Assembly (NCBI GenBank): GCA_964513115.1
Contig: CAZENC010000001.1
Coordinates: forward strand, 1 to 36,894
Source: an uncultured Desulfobacteraceae bacterium
GTDB lineage: Bacteria; Desulfobacterota; DSM-4660; Desulfatiglandales; Desulfatiglandaceae
Length of the DNA: 36,894 bases
Reading direction: 5' to 3'
In this document: positions 18,084 through 27,670 of the stretch, piece after piece
How positions within the stretch are numbered: the stretch's first letter is position 1
How the letters are laid out: the number at the start of each line of letters is the position of its first letter
The notes under the pieces: generated by a model
Database searches by the model: none
What the model was told of the DNA's origin: nothing
What the model saw: only the letters and a program-made list of their open reading frames with translations
Position numbers and translations under genes: made by a program

Positions 18084-19037
18084 ATGAAAGACAGAAAAAA
18101 CCCATCACTTAAGAATAACCATGTCTCCGGCCTGAAAAATTTATTCCCGGCGGTGCAGCGAGAGGAAAGGGCTGTCGTCCCATATGATCCCCTCCAGGCA
18201 TACCTCCTTGAGATAAAACAATTTAGACTCTTGACCAGAGAAGAAGAAAAAGAGTTAGGCACAAGAGTCATAGAAAAAAAAGATGAAAGGGCGGCCCATA
18301 GACTGATAACATCCAACCTTCGCTTGGTGGTAAAAATCGCAATGGACTTTCATCGATACTGGACCAAAAATCTTTTGGATCTTATCCAAGAAGGAAATTT
18401 GGGCCTTATACAGGCTGTAAGAAAATTCGACCCTTATCGCGGCATAAAATTCTCGTATTATGCATCCTTCTGGATTAAGGCCTATATGCTTAAATTCATA
18501 ATGGATAACTGGAAACTGGTCAAAATCGGGACGACCCAAAGCCAACGCAAACTATTCTTTAATCTGGCAAAAGAGCGGGATAAGCTTATAGCACAGGGGT
18601 TCTACCCTGAACCCAGACTTCTTGCTGAGCGCCTTGATGTCAAGGAGGAAGAGGTTGTGGAAATGAGTCAGCGCCTGGGAGGATGGGAGCTCTCGCTTAG
18701 TGCTCCTGTGGGGGATGATTCAAGGGAATCTTATGGGGATCTCCTTCCAGATTCGGAAAAAGGTGTTGAAGAACAACTATCTGAAGATGAAAGTCAGAAA
18801 CTCTTTGCAAAGAAAATCAAAGAATTTCGTAAGACTCTTTCAGGAAAAGAAGCTGATATCTTTGATAACCGGATCATTGCTGAAAAACCATTAACACTCC
18901 GAGAGCTTGGGGACAAATATCATATCTCACGGGAGAGGGTTCGCCAAATCCAGGAAAAAATTATCAAAAAAATAAAGAAATGGCTTAAAGATGAGATTGA
19001 AAATTTTGAAGAAGAGTATTACGACTTCTTAAAATAA
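18084..19037 (+). CDS. rpoH: RNA polymerase sigma-32 (heat-shock) factor
   Basis: Sigma-70 regions 2-4 plus the RpoH box QSQRKLFFNL. Confidence 0.88.
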   Translation: MKDRKNPSLKNNHVSGLKNLFPAVQREERAVVPYDPLQAYLLEIKQFRLLTREEEKELGTRVIEKKDERAAHRLITSNLRLVVKIAMDFHRYWTKNLLDLIQEGNLGLIQAVRKFDPYRGIKFSYYASFWIKAYMLKFIMDNWKLVKIGTTQSQRKLFFNLAKERDKLIAQGFYPEPRLLAERLDVKEEEVVEMSQRLGGWELSLSAPVGDDSRESYGDLLPDSEKGVEEQLSEDESQKLFAKKIKEFRKTLSGKEADIFDNRIIAEKPLTLRELGDKYHISRERVRQIQEKIIKKIKKWLKDEIENFEEEYYDFLK

Positions 19038-19112
19038 TAAATCCGCCCTGTCCCCGGATCCTCCTCTTAAGGGATACGGGCAGGCCGCTTCTTTCTATAA
19101 AAATGAATCGAG

Positions 19113-20918
19113 ATGAAACCCACGACACGTAAAATAAAATGCCCGATTTCAAAGACTTCAGGCTCACACGGGTATTCGAGGATTGCCTGGTTCCTTTTCC
19201 TGATCCTGTATACAGGACTCTTTACCTCGTGTGCCGAGCTAATTCCAGGGCTACCGCCATTTAAGTCTGTTTTGGTTCAGCCCGAAAAAGAGACCCCCCA
19301 CAAAAAAACGGATGGTATTTATGAGGCCTACACATATTTCACATTTGCCTCGATAGCAATCAGCCAAGGTCATTATGAAGAAGCCCAGAAATACCTTTCC
19401 ACGGCCATTGGAAAAGATCCGGATTCACCCTACCTAAACAGAAAAATGGCCCTGTTACTGAAAGAACAAAAAAAATACCAGGAATCTTTGGATTTTGCCG
19501 AAAGAGCTGTAGCACTTGATCCCAAAAACGTTAGAAATCTGATACTTCTTGCGGATATCTATGCCCTTATGGATAACGACGATCTTGCTATTGCCCAATA
19601 TGACAAGATTCTGGCCCTTTATCCCGAAAACCAGCGGGTGCGGCTGCTTCTCACTACTATTCTGATCAGAAAACAACAGTTTCAAAAGGCGCTCACACAT
19701 CTCCAGATACTGACTGAGCAGAGACCCGAGCTGATCATAGCTCATTACTACCGGGGAAGGATTAACTTGGAGATAGACCGTTACCGTGATGCAGAGGAAG
19801 CCTTTCTTGAGGCGCTAAAACTTAATGAAAGCCTGGAACCGGCCCTTTTTGATCTGGGAACGCTTTATCAGATGACCGACAGGGTTACTGATGCGGTTGA
19901 CATCTATGAGAGATTGGTCAAGTTCTATCCGGACAATATACCTGTCAGGGAAAGACTTGTTAACCTGTACTTCAAGTTAAACCTCAAGGAGAAAGCTGCA
20001 CAGCAAATAGAAGAGATCAAAAAACATACCAAACCCGGCGAACCGGCAAGACAGAGACTGGGCCTTATATACCTACAACATGGAAAGATAGATGAATCAA
20101 TTGAGGAGTTGAACCTTATAGTCTCGGCCTGGCCACACGATAACAAATCCAGATACTACCTGGCTACAGCCTATGACGAAAAGGGCGATACTGAAAAAGC
20201 TCTGGAACACTTCAGGAGTATCAATCCTAAATCCAGATATTTTGTCAATGCTCAACTGCAAATTTCATATATTCTCAATACCCAGGAAAAATATGACGAG
20301 GCCATAGAAGTCCTTGAAAAAACCATAATACTGGACAATGAAAAAACCGAACTCTTTCTGATGCTGGCAACTGTTCATGAAACCAAAAAGGATTATCTTA
20401 AGGCCCTGGAGGTTGTTAGAGAAGGGCTGAGAAGGGAACCACAAAATGTCAACCTTATTTTCCGCCTCGGGGTTATCCTGGACAAAAGTGGTGACAAGGA
20501 GTCGTGTATTGAGCAGATGAAAAGTATCCTTGAAATAAACCCGGATCATGCTGAAGCCTTAAATTATATCGGGTATACATATGCTGAACAGGGAATTAAG
20601 CTTGACGAAGCCATGGCCTTTATCAAAAAGGCTGCATCATTAAAGCCTGAAAGTGGCTACATATTAGATAGCCTTGGTTGGGTCTACTTCCAGAAGGGCC
20701 TGTATGATGAAGCGATCCAGTACCTTGAAAAAGCGGCAAAGCTGACATCTAACGATCCTACCATCAACGAACATCTTGGGGATGCCTACAGCAAAAAAGA
20801 CAAATACAACAAGGCCCTCCATTATTACAAAAAGGCCATGTCCTTAGAACATCCCGACAAGGAAAAGCTGAAAAAGAAAATCACTGAAGTGGAACTGCTC
20901 TTAAAACAGGAAAACTGA
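19113..20918 (+). CDS. tetratricopeptide-repeat lipoprotein
   Basis: Lipobox LFTSC, then more than 12 TPR-like 34-aa repeats (A..Y..AL.L.P motifs throughout). Confidence 0.85.
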   Translation: MKPTTRKIKCPISKTSGSHGYSRIAWFLFLILYTGLFTSCAELIPGLPPFKSVLVQPEKETPHKKTDGIYEAYTYFTFASIAISQGHYEEAQKYLSTAIGKDPDSPYLNRKMALLLKEQKKYQESLDFAERAVALDPKNVRNLILLADIYALMDNDDLAIAQYDKILALYPENQRVRLLLTTILIRKQQFQKALTHLQILTEQRPELIIAHYYRGRINLEIDRYRDAEEAFLEALKLNESLEPALFDLGTLYQMTDRVTDAVDIYERLVKFYPDNIPVRERLVNLYFKLNLKEKAAQQIEEIKKHTKPGEPARQRLGLIYLQHGKIDESIEELNLIVSAWPHDNKSRYYLATAYDEKGDTEKALEHFRSINPKSRYFVNAQLQISYILNTQEKYDEAIEVLEKTIILDNEKTELFLMLATVHETKKDYLKALEVVREGLRREPQNVNLIFRLGVILDKSGDKESCIEQMKSILEINPDHAEALNYIGYTYAEQGIKLDEAMAFIKKAASLKPESGYILDSLGWVYFQKGLYDEAIQYLEKAAKLTSNDPTINEHLGDAYSKKDKYNKALHYYKKAMSLEHPDKEKLKKKITEVELLLKQEN

Positions 20919-20920
20919 AA

Positions 20921-21727
20921 ATGCTCAACCCGGGCTTTCTAAGTCTCGGGACAGGGAGATTCAATATCCGAACTTTAATAGCAATAGCGTGCCTTATCTT
21001 CTTCCCGGGCTGTGCCGGTATCCCGATTCAACCTCCCCCCCCCCCCTTCAGTCCTCAAAAAATCGCCCAAATCCTTTCCGAAATCAGAGAACAGGAAAAC
21101 AACGCTGACACCTTTTTTTCCACCGGCAAATTGATGATTAAGGGCGAAGACCCTGAGTCCGAGTCAGATATTCTCATTGTTGGGTCCAAGGCTCCCTTCA
21201 GGGTCAAAATCGAAGTCACGCATCCCTGGGGCAGACCCATCCTTCACATCCTGGCTACCGAAACCAACCTTCATATCCTTTCCTTTCCTGAAAAACGTTA
21301 TTATCTTGGTTCATTAGGCAATTCAGCTCCCTCAATGCTTTTTCCAAAGAGCCTGGACCCTGACCAGTTATGGTCTCTTGTGCGGGGATTCCCGATTCTC
21401 CGTAAAAATGACCAAGCTGTTTCTCTGAAAGGAAATCAGATAATGTTGCTAAACCAAAATGCAGAAATTGTTCAGATCATAGATTTCTTTCCACAAAGCA
21501 ATCTGCCTCGTCTCGTCTCTTTTCCCGAACAAAATATAAAAATATACTTATCAAACTACCAAAAAGAAAACGACATTTGTTATGCCCGGGAAATAAGACT
21601 GAATGATCCCCGGTCTGCAAGCGATCTGTCCATTAACCTGAAACAGATGGTCTTCAATAAGCCTATCCCCGAAGCCATATACAGCATAAAAAAACCGGCC
21701 GATTTTAAGACTCTTCCTTTAAATTAG
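20921..21727 (+). CDS. LolB/DUF4292-like outer-membrane lipoprotein
   Basis: Lipobox FFPGC. Its size and its position directly after a TPR lipoprotein fit DUF4292. The family assignment is from memory and not strong. Confidence 0.55.
   Translation: MLNPGFLSLGTGRFNIRTLIAIACLIFFPGCAGIPIQPPPPPFSPQKIAQILSEIREQENNADTFFSTGKLMIKGEDPESESDILIVGSKAPFRVKIEVTHPWGRPILHILATETNLHILSFPEKRYYLGSLGNSAPSMLFPKSLDPDQLWSLVRGFPILRKNDQAVSLKGNQIMLLNQNAEIVQIIDFFPQSNLPRLVSFPEQNIKIYLSNYQKENDICYAREIRLNDPRSASDLSINLKQMVFNKPIPEAIYSIKKPADFKTLPLN
21035..21046 (+). repeat. C12 homopolymer inside the lipoprotein CDS
   Basis: CCT followed by 12 consecutive C, encoding PPPPP just after the lipobox. It is the longest homopolymer I noticed in the window. 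Confidence 0.95.
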
Positions 21728-21868
21728 AGGGATTTCAAGGTTAATGACGGGCCTGCTTTGATCTTGACATGGAAGACCTTTTTGCATATTTCTATTTATA
21801 ATAATTGATAATCATTTCTATTAGTTATTAGGCATTGCTCTGTTCTCATAACTCGAGACCCTTGAAAC

Positions 21869-22675
21869 ATGAAGACATCATTAATTGTAACCACATACAA
21901 CCGACCCGACGCCCTGGGTAGGATCCTGGAAGCCTTAAAAAATCAGACCCGGTTACCCGACGAGCTTATCATAGCAGATGACGGTTCAGGGCCTGAAACG
22001 TCTGAGAAGATAGCAGCTTTCTTATCTGATCCCCCTTACAGGATAAGTCACGTTTGGCAGGAAGACCTCGGGTTCAGGGCGGCACGGATAAGAAACAAGG
22101 CCATTAGAAAAGCAACAGGTGATTACATCATCCTTCTTGATGGAGATTGTGTTCCCCATCGCAGTTTTATTGAAGACCATCTCTTCCTGGCCGAGGATGG
22201 CTTCTTCATTCAAGGGAAAAGGGTGCTGGTAAGCAAAAGACTTTCTCCTGATTTTTCTCATAAAGACGCAAACTCCATGTTAAAGCTCTTCAGGATTCTA
22301 TTATCAGGTGACATCTCCAATGTACATCATCTTATTAGGCTTCCCATATTTCCAGCCTTTTCCTCGAAGCGGTTGAGTGGGATAAAAAGCTGCAATATGG
22401 GTTTTTTCAAAGAGGATATCGTGGCGATTAATGGGTTTAATCAGGATTTCGAAGGGTGGGGCCGGGAGGACTCCGAACTCGCTGTCAGGCTATACCATTA
22501 TGGATTAAAAAGAAAGGAGCACCTTTTCCTGGCCATATGTTTTCATCTATGGCATGAGGAACATGACAGGACACAACTAATCACAAATGATCAACTCTTA
22601 AATAAAACAATGCAATCCAAGGAGCATTTTTGTTCCAATGGCCTGGTACAAAAGCGCGAAAATCAGTCCCAATGA
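21869..22675 (+). CDS. family 2 glycosyltransferase
   Basis: SLIVTTYNRPDAL, IIADDGS and LLDGDC (DxD) motifs. Confidence 0.85.
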   Translation: MKTSLIVTTYNRPDALGRILEALKNQTRLPDELIIADDGSGPETSEKIAAFLSDPPYRISHVWQEDLGFRAARIRNKAIRKATGDYIILLDGDCVPHRSFIEDHLFLAEDGFFIQGKRVLVSKRLSPDFSHKDANSMLKLFRILLSGDISNVHHLIRLPIFPAFSSKRLSGIKSCNMGFFKEDIVAINGFNQDFEGWGREDSELAVRLYHYGLKRKEHLFLAICFHLWHEEHDRTQLITNDQLLNKTMQSKEHFCSNGLVQKRENQSQ

Positions 22676-23858
22676 CCTGCTATTCTATCTATTCGTAGGT
22701 GCCTTCTTCAGCATGCCAATAGGCACTTCACCGCCAATTATATGCGGTGTATTGGCCTCTGCTATTTGGGTTTTTTCAGGCAAGGCAATTAAAACAGTAG
22801 ACACCTGCCTGAGACGAAGCTGGTTTTGGCCGGTTTTGCTTCTTATTTTCCTGCCCTGGATAGGGCTCCTTTACACGCCTGACCTGACTGGCCTTGGCAT
22901 TAAATTTGCCAAGAAAACACACTACTGGATTTACTGCATGGCAGTGGCCTCTATCTCCCTAGCAATTTATTCTCCCCAAAAATTGATAAAGGCGTTTCTT
23001 TTCGGACTGGCTGTTAACTCCCTTGTCGCCGTTTTTCAGTTAGCGGGATTAGTACCCGCTGTGGATACTTACGGTAACAATCAGTATCTCGGATTCGGCC
23101 TTGGATACAGCACTCAATCAGCCTTTCTGATAGTAGGTATGCTCATGGCCTCCTATTATTTCAAGGCATCAACTGAAAAAAAGACACGTATTTTCTTTTT
23201 TTTACTCATGGCAGGGTATATCTTTCATCTGGTTATTCTACTTGGCAGGGTCGGTTTTTTTACCTTTGCAATCCTATCCCCTTTGATCATCCGTAATCTC
23301 TTTAAGGAATTTAACGTCTTTAAGATTTCATTGGTCTACGTATTGTTGTTAGGAATCACATTTCTCTCCCCGATTGTCAGACAGAGGGTCTCATTTTCAA
23401 TAGACCAGGTAAAACATCATTTGACTGCAGACCCCAACCATGCCTGGGGCAAAGAATATACAGAACATCAGGACAGATTTTATATGTGGTACGGCGCTGT
23501 AAATATCTTTTTAGAGAACCCGCTTGTTGGGGTTGGAACAGGCGGTTATGCGACTGTCCTTAAAAAAAGGGGGAAGCCGGAATGGCCTTTCATTGCCCAT
23601 CCCCATAATAACTTTTTGCACATGGCAGTCAGCTATGGTGTCATTGGAATTTTTGCCCTCTCTTGGTTTTTCTGGGAAATTATCAGGAATGCTTGGGGTG
23701 AAAGACATACCCCACTAGGCTATTTCATTCTATCAACCGCCGTTGTTATTCTTGTTAGTGGATTAGTGGATACACATATATTGGATTTCGGTCCTGCATT
23801 TCTACTAGCTGTCGCGACCGGCCTTCAGAACGGATTGGCTAAATATGCCGGAAGATAA
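22638..23858 (+). CDS. O-antigen ligase / Wzy_C-family membrane protein
   Basis: About 10-12 TM helices with a periplasmic loop carrying the HPHNNFL motif typical of WaaL/O-antigen polymerase-like proteins. Confidence 0.78.
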   Translation: MAWYKSAKISPNDLLFYLFVGAFFSMPIGTSPPIICGVLASAIWVFSGKAIKTVDTCLRRSWFWPVLLLIFLPWIGLLYTPDLTGLGIKFAKKTHYWIYCMAVASISLAIYSPQKLIKAFLFGLAVNSLVAVFQLAGLVPAVDTYGNNQYLGFGLGYSTQSAFLIVGMLMASYYFKASTEKKTRIFFFLLMAGYIFHLVILLGRVGFFTFAILSPLIIRNLFKEFNVFKISLVYVLLLGITFLSPIVRQRVSFSIDQVKHHLTADPNHAWGKEYTEHQDRFYMWYGAVNIFLENPLVGVGTGGYATVLKKRGKPEWPFIAHPHNNFLHMAVSYGVIGIFALSWFFWEIIRNAWGERHTPLGYFILSTAVVILVSGLVDTHILDFGPAFLLAVATGLQNGLAKYAGR

Positions 23859-24762
23859 AGATTTCCCGAAACATATCATATGCGGTAAATTTTCAGGCGA
23901 CATAGAGAATGTAGCCTGTCCCATCTGCGATTTTCCTCCGGTCCCGAGACTGATCTTCAAATCATCCAACGGAATCGGTATTTGGCTGTGCCCCAAATGT
24001 AAGATAATGTACGCCTCCCCACGCTTCACGGAAAAATCCCTTTCCCAGATCTATGAAAGCGACGCCTTCATAGACCCATCCTTTTATGACCAGTGGTCTT
24101 ACGAAAAATGGAAGAGGGAAAATAAGGGCAGATCCTACATTTCTCAACAGCTTAAGATCGGGCTCATAAAACGGTTTCTAAAAGAAACGGACAGGATACT
24201 TGATGTCGGCTGCGGAACCGGCCTTTTTTGTCTCGAAGCTTCCAAACAGAGGTTGAACGTGGAGGGAATCGATCCGAGTAAAATGCTCATCGATATAGGA
24301 CGTAAGACATTCAAGATACCGCTTCATCACGGACTGATTGAGGATTTCGATCCTGGTTACAAATATAAAGGTATTGTTGTCTGGGCCGTTCTAGAACATG
24401 TTTACGATCTAATTAATCTGGTGAAAAGGTGCAGTTACCTGCTGGAAAAAAACGGTTACCTGTTTATTGATGTTCCCCATTACCGGGGAATATCCAATCG
24501 CTTCAAGACCTTTATGTGCCGCATGGGCTTGAAGAAAGATGACTTTAAACACTTCGGATTTCCATGGCACATATACTCTTTTAGCAAAAAAAGCCTTTCA
24601 TCTCTAATGCGTGCCTGCGGATTTGAACCAATCATCTTTGAATTCTGGTCGCATCTTTTAAAAGACGGCGAGAAAGGTTTTTTTGCAGACATTATGATCT
24701 CCTTAACCCAAAGACTCGCACTTTCAGACTATATTACTCTTGTGGCACAGAAAAAGGCATAA
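23845..24762 (+). CDS. class I SAM methyltransferase with N-terminal zinc-ribbon
   Basis: CPIC...CPKC Cys4 ribbon, then the LDVGCGTGLF SAM motif. Confidence 0.8.
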   Translation: MPEDKDFPKHIICGKFSGDIENVACPICDFPPVPRLIFKSSNGIGIWLCPKCKIMYASPRFTEKSLSQIYESDAFIDPSFYDQWSYEKWKRENKGRSYISQQLKIGLIKRFLKETDRILDVGCGTGLFCLEASKQRLNVEGIDPSKMLIDIGRKTFKIPLHHGLIEDFDPGYKYKGIVVWAVLEHVYDLINLVKRCSYLLEKNGYLFIDVPHYRGISNRFKTFMCRMGLKKDDFKHFGFPWHIYSFSKKSLSSLMRACGFEPIIFEFWSHLLKDGEKGFFADIMISLTQRLALSDYITLVAQKKA

Positions 24763-25056
24763 TCCAGGTTCCCAATCCTAAATCCACCGTCACGTTTGAA
24801 TATCTTCATTTACATCAGGTGTTTTTGAAGGATTCCTGGTCACCAGCAAGGTATTAAATGCAAGGCGCCAAGGAGCGACGACTGAGGCGTATGAGCAATA
24901 CGCTGCAAGGAAGAGCGATCGAAGGCAACGCAGCAGATGATGCCTTGATGATGGATCAGGGCCAATCCTTCCTGTTGAATTATCCTCCGCCATTTGCTAT
25001 GCTTCAAATGCGTACAGCGTAGTGTTTTTATTCGCAAATAAATAGAATAATTAATT

Positions 25057-25923
25057 ATGTCCAACACCGGCAAGCGTTATGTCGATTCATGCCCTATTGG
25101 GTGTGAGTCCGGCTTTCACAATTCTTATATAGTGTTTCCTGAAGGTCCGCTAAGAAGATGCAAAAACTGCGGACAACTTGTGAGCCAGTGTAGTGAAGAG
25201 CTATATTGGAACTCCATGAAAGAATTCGATGACCCCAAAGGAACACTGCCCACGGGGAAAGCTGCTTACCGCCTCTCGCGGCACACGAAAAGGATTTTAG
25301 ACGAAATCGAGCGTTTTTCAGGAAAGAAAAAGAGCGGAATCCATTTGCTCGACGTCGGATGCTCCAGTGGCCCATTTATCCTTGCCGCCAGGGACTTCGG
25401 AGTAGAGGCGGAAGGCGTGGAGCCTTCATCAGGCCCGGCAAGAACCGCAATACAATCCGGACTAAAAGTTTACCAGGGCTATCTCAATGATATCCATCTC
25501 CCTGAAGAATCATTTGATGTGATTACCCTGTTCGAAGTCCTCGAACATTTGAGGGATCCATTGAGCCTTTTTAAAGAATGTCATCGTATTTTGTGTTCAA
25601 GTGGTCTTCTGGTTATCCGGACAGGTAACACAGACAGCTGGACCGTTCAATACATGAAAGGCCGCTGGAAGTATTTCAGTATCAGGGAACATGGCGGACA
25701 CATTAGTTTCTTCAATCCGGTCTCGATGCGAAAACTTTCCGAACGTTCCGGTTTCATGATAGCGGATATTAAAACGCATCGTGTCTGCTTTTATGAAAAG
25801 GGGGGAATTCCATTTATATATTATCGCTTGATAAAGATTGTTTCAGACCTGCTCAATACTCCCGCGTCCCTGTGTGGCAAAGGACATGAAATGAGAGTAT
25901 ATTTGAGAAAACGAAAGGCCTAA
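25057..25923 (+). CDS. class I SAM methyltransferase with N-terminal Cys-rich ribbon
   Basis: CPIGC...CKNCG, then LLDVGCSSGPF. Same architecture as 23845-24762. Confidence 0.8.
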   Translation: MSNTGKRYVDSCPIGCESGFHNSYIVFPEGPLRRCKNCGQLVSQCSEELYWNSMKEFDDPKGTLPTGKAAYRLSRHTKRILDEIERFSGKKKSGIHLLDVGCSSGPFILAARDFGVEAEGVEPSSGPARTAIQSGLKVYQGYLNDIHLPEESFDVITLFEVLEHLRDPLSLFKECHRILCSSGLLVIRTGNTDSWTVQYMKGRWKYFSIREHGGHISFFNPVSMRKLSERSGFMIADIKTHRVCFYEKGGIPFIYYRLIKIVSDLLNTPASLCGKGHEMRVYLRKRKA

Positions 25924-25944
25924 TAATTTGAACTCGACTTAGAT

Positions 25945-26712
25945 ATGCCATTCTCAGTAGCCATTATAACACAAGATGAAGAAGACCGCCTTCCCGATTG
26001 TCTTGAGAGTGTATCTTTCGCGGATGAGGTTGTTGTCGTAGATTCGGGGAGTCGAGATAATACGGTCGGCATTGCCAGGTCTTTTGGGTGCAAAGTCCTT
26101 ACGGAAACATGGCGAGGCTATGCCAAGCAGAAGCAATTTGCAGTTGACAGTTGCGCAAACGATTGGGTGTTGATACTGGATTCAGACGAGAGAATTCCCG
26201 ATGAGACAGCCGGGGAAATAAAGGAACTGTTAGCCCTCCCTGAACGTGATTTTACAGCATATAGTTTTTTGAGGAAGAACTTCTTCCATAACCGTTGGGT
26301 TCGTCATTGCGGCTGGTGGCCGGACCGCATCGTGCGGTTGGTGGACCGCAGGAGAGGTCGCTTCAACGATCATCTTGTTCACGAAAGCTGGATTTCCGAA
26401 GGTAGTGTCAAGGACCTCCGCGTAACCATCGAACATCGAAGTTTCCGGAATTACTCTGATTTGATACACAAGCTGGAGACATATTCGACTTTGGCTGCGC
26501 AGGATATGTTGAGAGACGGAAAGCACGCAGGGGCCCTCTCACCACTTTCCCACGGAACCTGGATGTTCCTTCGAACATACATTCTGGAATTGGGGGTGCT
26601 TGAGGGCTTTGACGGGTTCATCATATCTATTCTAAATGGAGGGGGGTCATTTATGAAATACGCCAAACTCAGAGAGGCAAAAGTGTATGGCCATTCTTTG
26701 GAACAAAAATAA
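25945..26712 (+). CDS. family 2 glycosyltransferase (WaaE/KdtX-like LPS core type)
   Basis: VAIITQDEEDRL, VVVVDSGSRDNT and ILDSDERIP motifs. Confidence 0.82.
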   Translation: MPFSVAIITQDEEDRLPDCLESVSFADEVVVVDSGSRDNTVGIARSFGCKVLTETWRGYAKQKQFAVDSCANDWVLILDSDERIPDETAGEIKELLALPERDFTAYSFLRKNFFHNRWVRHCGWWPDRIVRLVDRRRGRFNDHLVHESWISEGSVKDLRVTIEHRSFRNYSDLIHKLETYSTLAAQDMLRDGKHAGALSPLSHGTWMFLRTYILELGVLEGFDGFIISILNGGGSFMKYAKLREAKVYGHSLEQK

Positions 26713-26735
26713 GCAACTTCCTTATCAATCCTGCA

Positions 26736-27455
26736 TCAAACCCCGTCTGCCCCACGATCATCAACGGCAAGTTTTTGATAGACAGTTAGACGCCTTCTGT
26801 TGTTTGTCATCTCCCTGAGACCGTGGACAAAGTTGTTGTCGAATTTGATTCTTCTCAGGTTATATCTGTATTTATCGATATATTTAACTGCATATTTCAC
26901 TCCAAAATCTGCAGAATCATCAAACACAATCAGGCCACCAATATTCAAAACCCTGTCTGCCGTAACAAGATCACTCAGCGTATGATCCAAACAGTGACTC
27001 CCGTCTATAAACACAAAGTCGAATCTGTGTCCGTCTTTCTCGAGCTGGGGAATAGCGCTTGAAGAATAATCCTCAACAAACTTGACGTTTTCATAAAGAC
27101 TTAATCTTTTTAAAAGGGCTATTCCTGCATTAAACCACTGTGTAGATTGAAAGGGGTCGATAATTACATGTGCATTTTTCTCCCTTAAATAGCTATTCTG
27201 TGCTTTTGCCATATAGGCTGAACTGATGCCGTTAGCCATCCCCACTTCTAATATAGTCGCTGGCTCAAACATCTTCACGAGAACAAACAAGAACCTGCCA
27301 TACCTGAAATTGATCTGCCATTTAAGCTCAACCTTCTCCCCATCTTCGGTAACCGTTGTCTTGCTCTGAGCTATTTGGTCAAGATCTTCCGTTTCCCTGC
27401 CATTCTTCCAGGAAAACATGAATTCCTTCACAAGGCTTTTTTCAAACATCTGCAT
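26736..27455 (-). CDS. class I SAM-dependent (O-)methyltransferase, Methyltransf_24-like
   Basis: ILEVGMANGISS and FIDGSHCLDH...GGLIVFDD motifs. The ATG at 27455 is preferred over the TTG at 27467 used by the ORF track. Confidence 0.65.
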   Translation of the reverse strand: MQMFEKSLVKEFMFSWKNGRETEDLDQIAQSKTTVTEDGEKVELKWQINFRYGRFLFVLVKMFEPATILEVGMANGISSAYMAKAQNSYLREKNAHVIIDPFQSTQWFNAGIALLKRLSLYENVKFVEDYSSSAIPQLEKDGHRFDFVFIDGSHCLDHTLSDLVTADRVLNIGGLIVFDDSADFGVKYAVKYIDKYRYNLRRIKFDNNFVHGLREMTNNRRRLTVYQKLAVDDRGADGV

Positions 27456-27571
27456 TGCAAATTCCAAATATTCGTTTTGAGGAAAATTTTACCGTTTTGA
27501 AAAACTAATCGTGGTTTATAGGGGTATGGGAGTCTCTTGTCAAAAAACGCATAACAAATCCTGCTGAGCTT

Positions 27572-27593
27572 GCCCGCCATACGGCTGGCGGGC
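27572..27593 (-). terminator. GC-rich 8-bp hairpin downstream of the GT4 gene
   Basis: GCCCGCCA, loop TACGGC, TGGCGGGC. It lies 78 nt after the stop at 27671 and has no clear U-tract. Confidence 0.35.
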
Positions 27594-27670
27594 TTGTTCG
27601 CCTATAGCGGGCTCTTGGAATAATTTCTGGTCCTTACACAGCGACTGAAGAAAATCCCTTTTAAATATTA

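Noticed and set aside
24790-25073. Two minus-strand ORFs (67 and 77 aa) between the methyltransferase genes
   Set aside because: They are mutually overlapping, Cys/His/Arg-rich with odd composition, and one runs into the start of the next plus-strand gene. They are likely frame artefacts of the GC-rich island.
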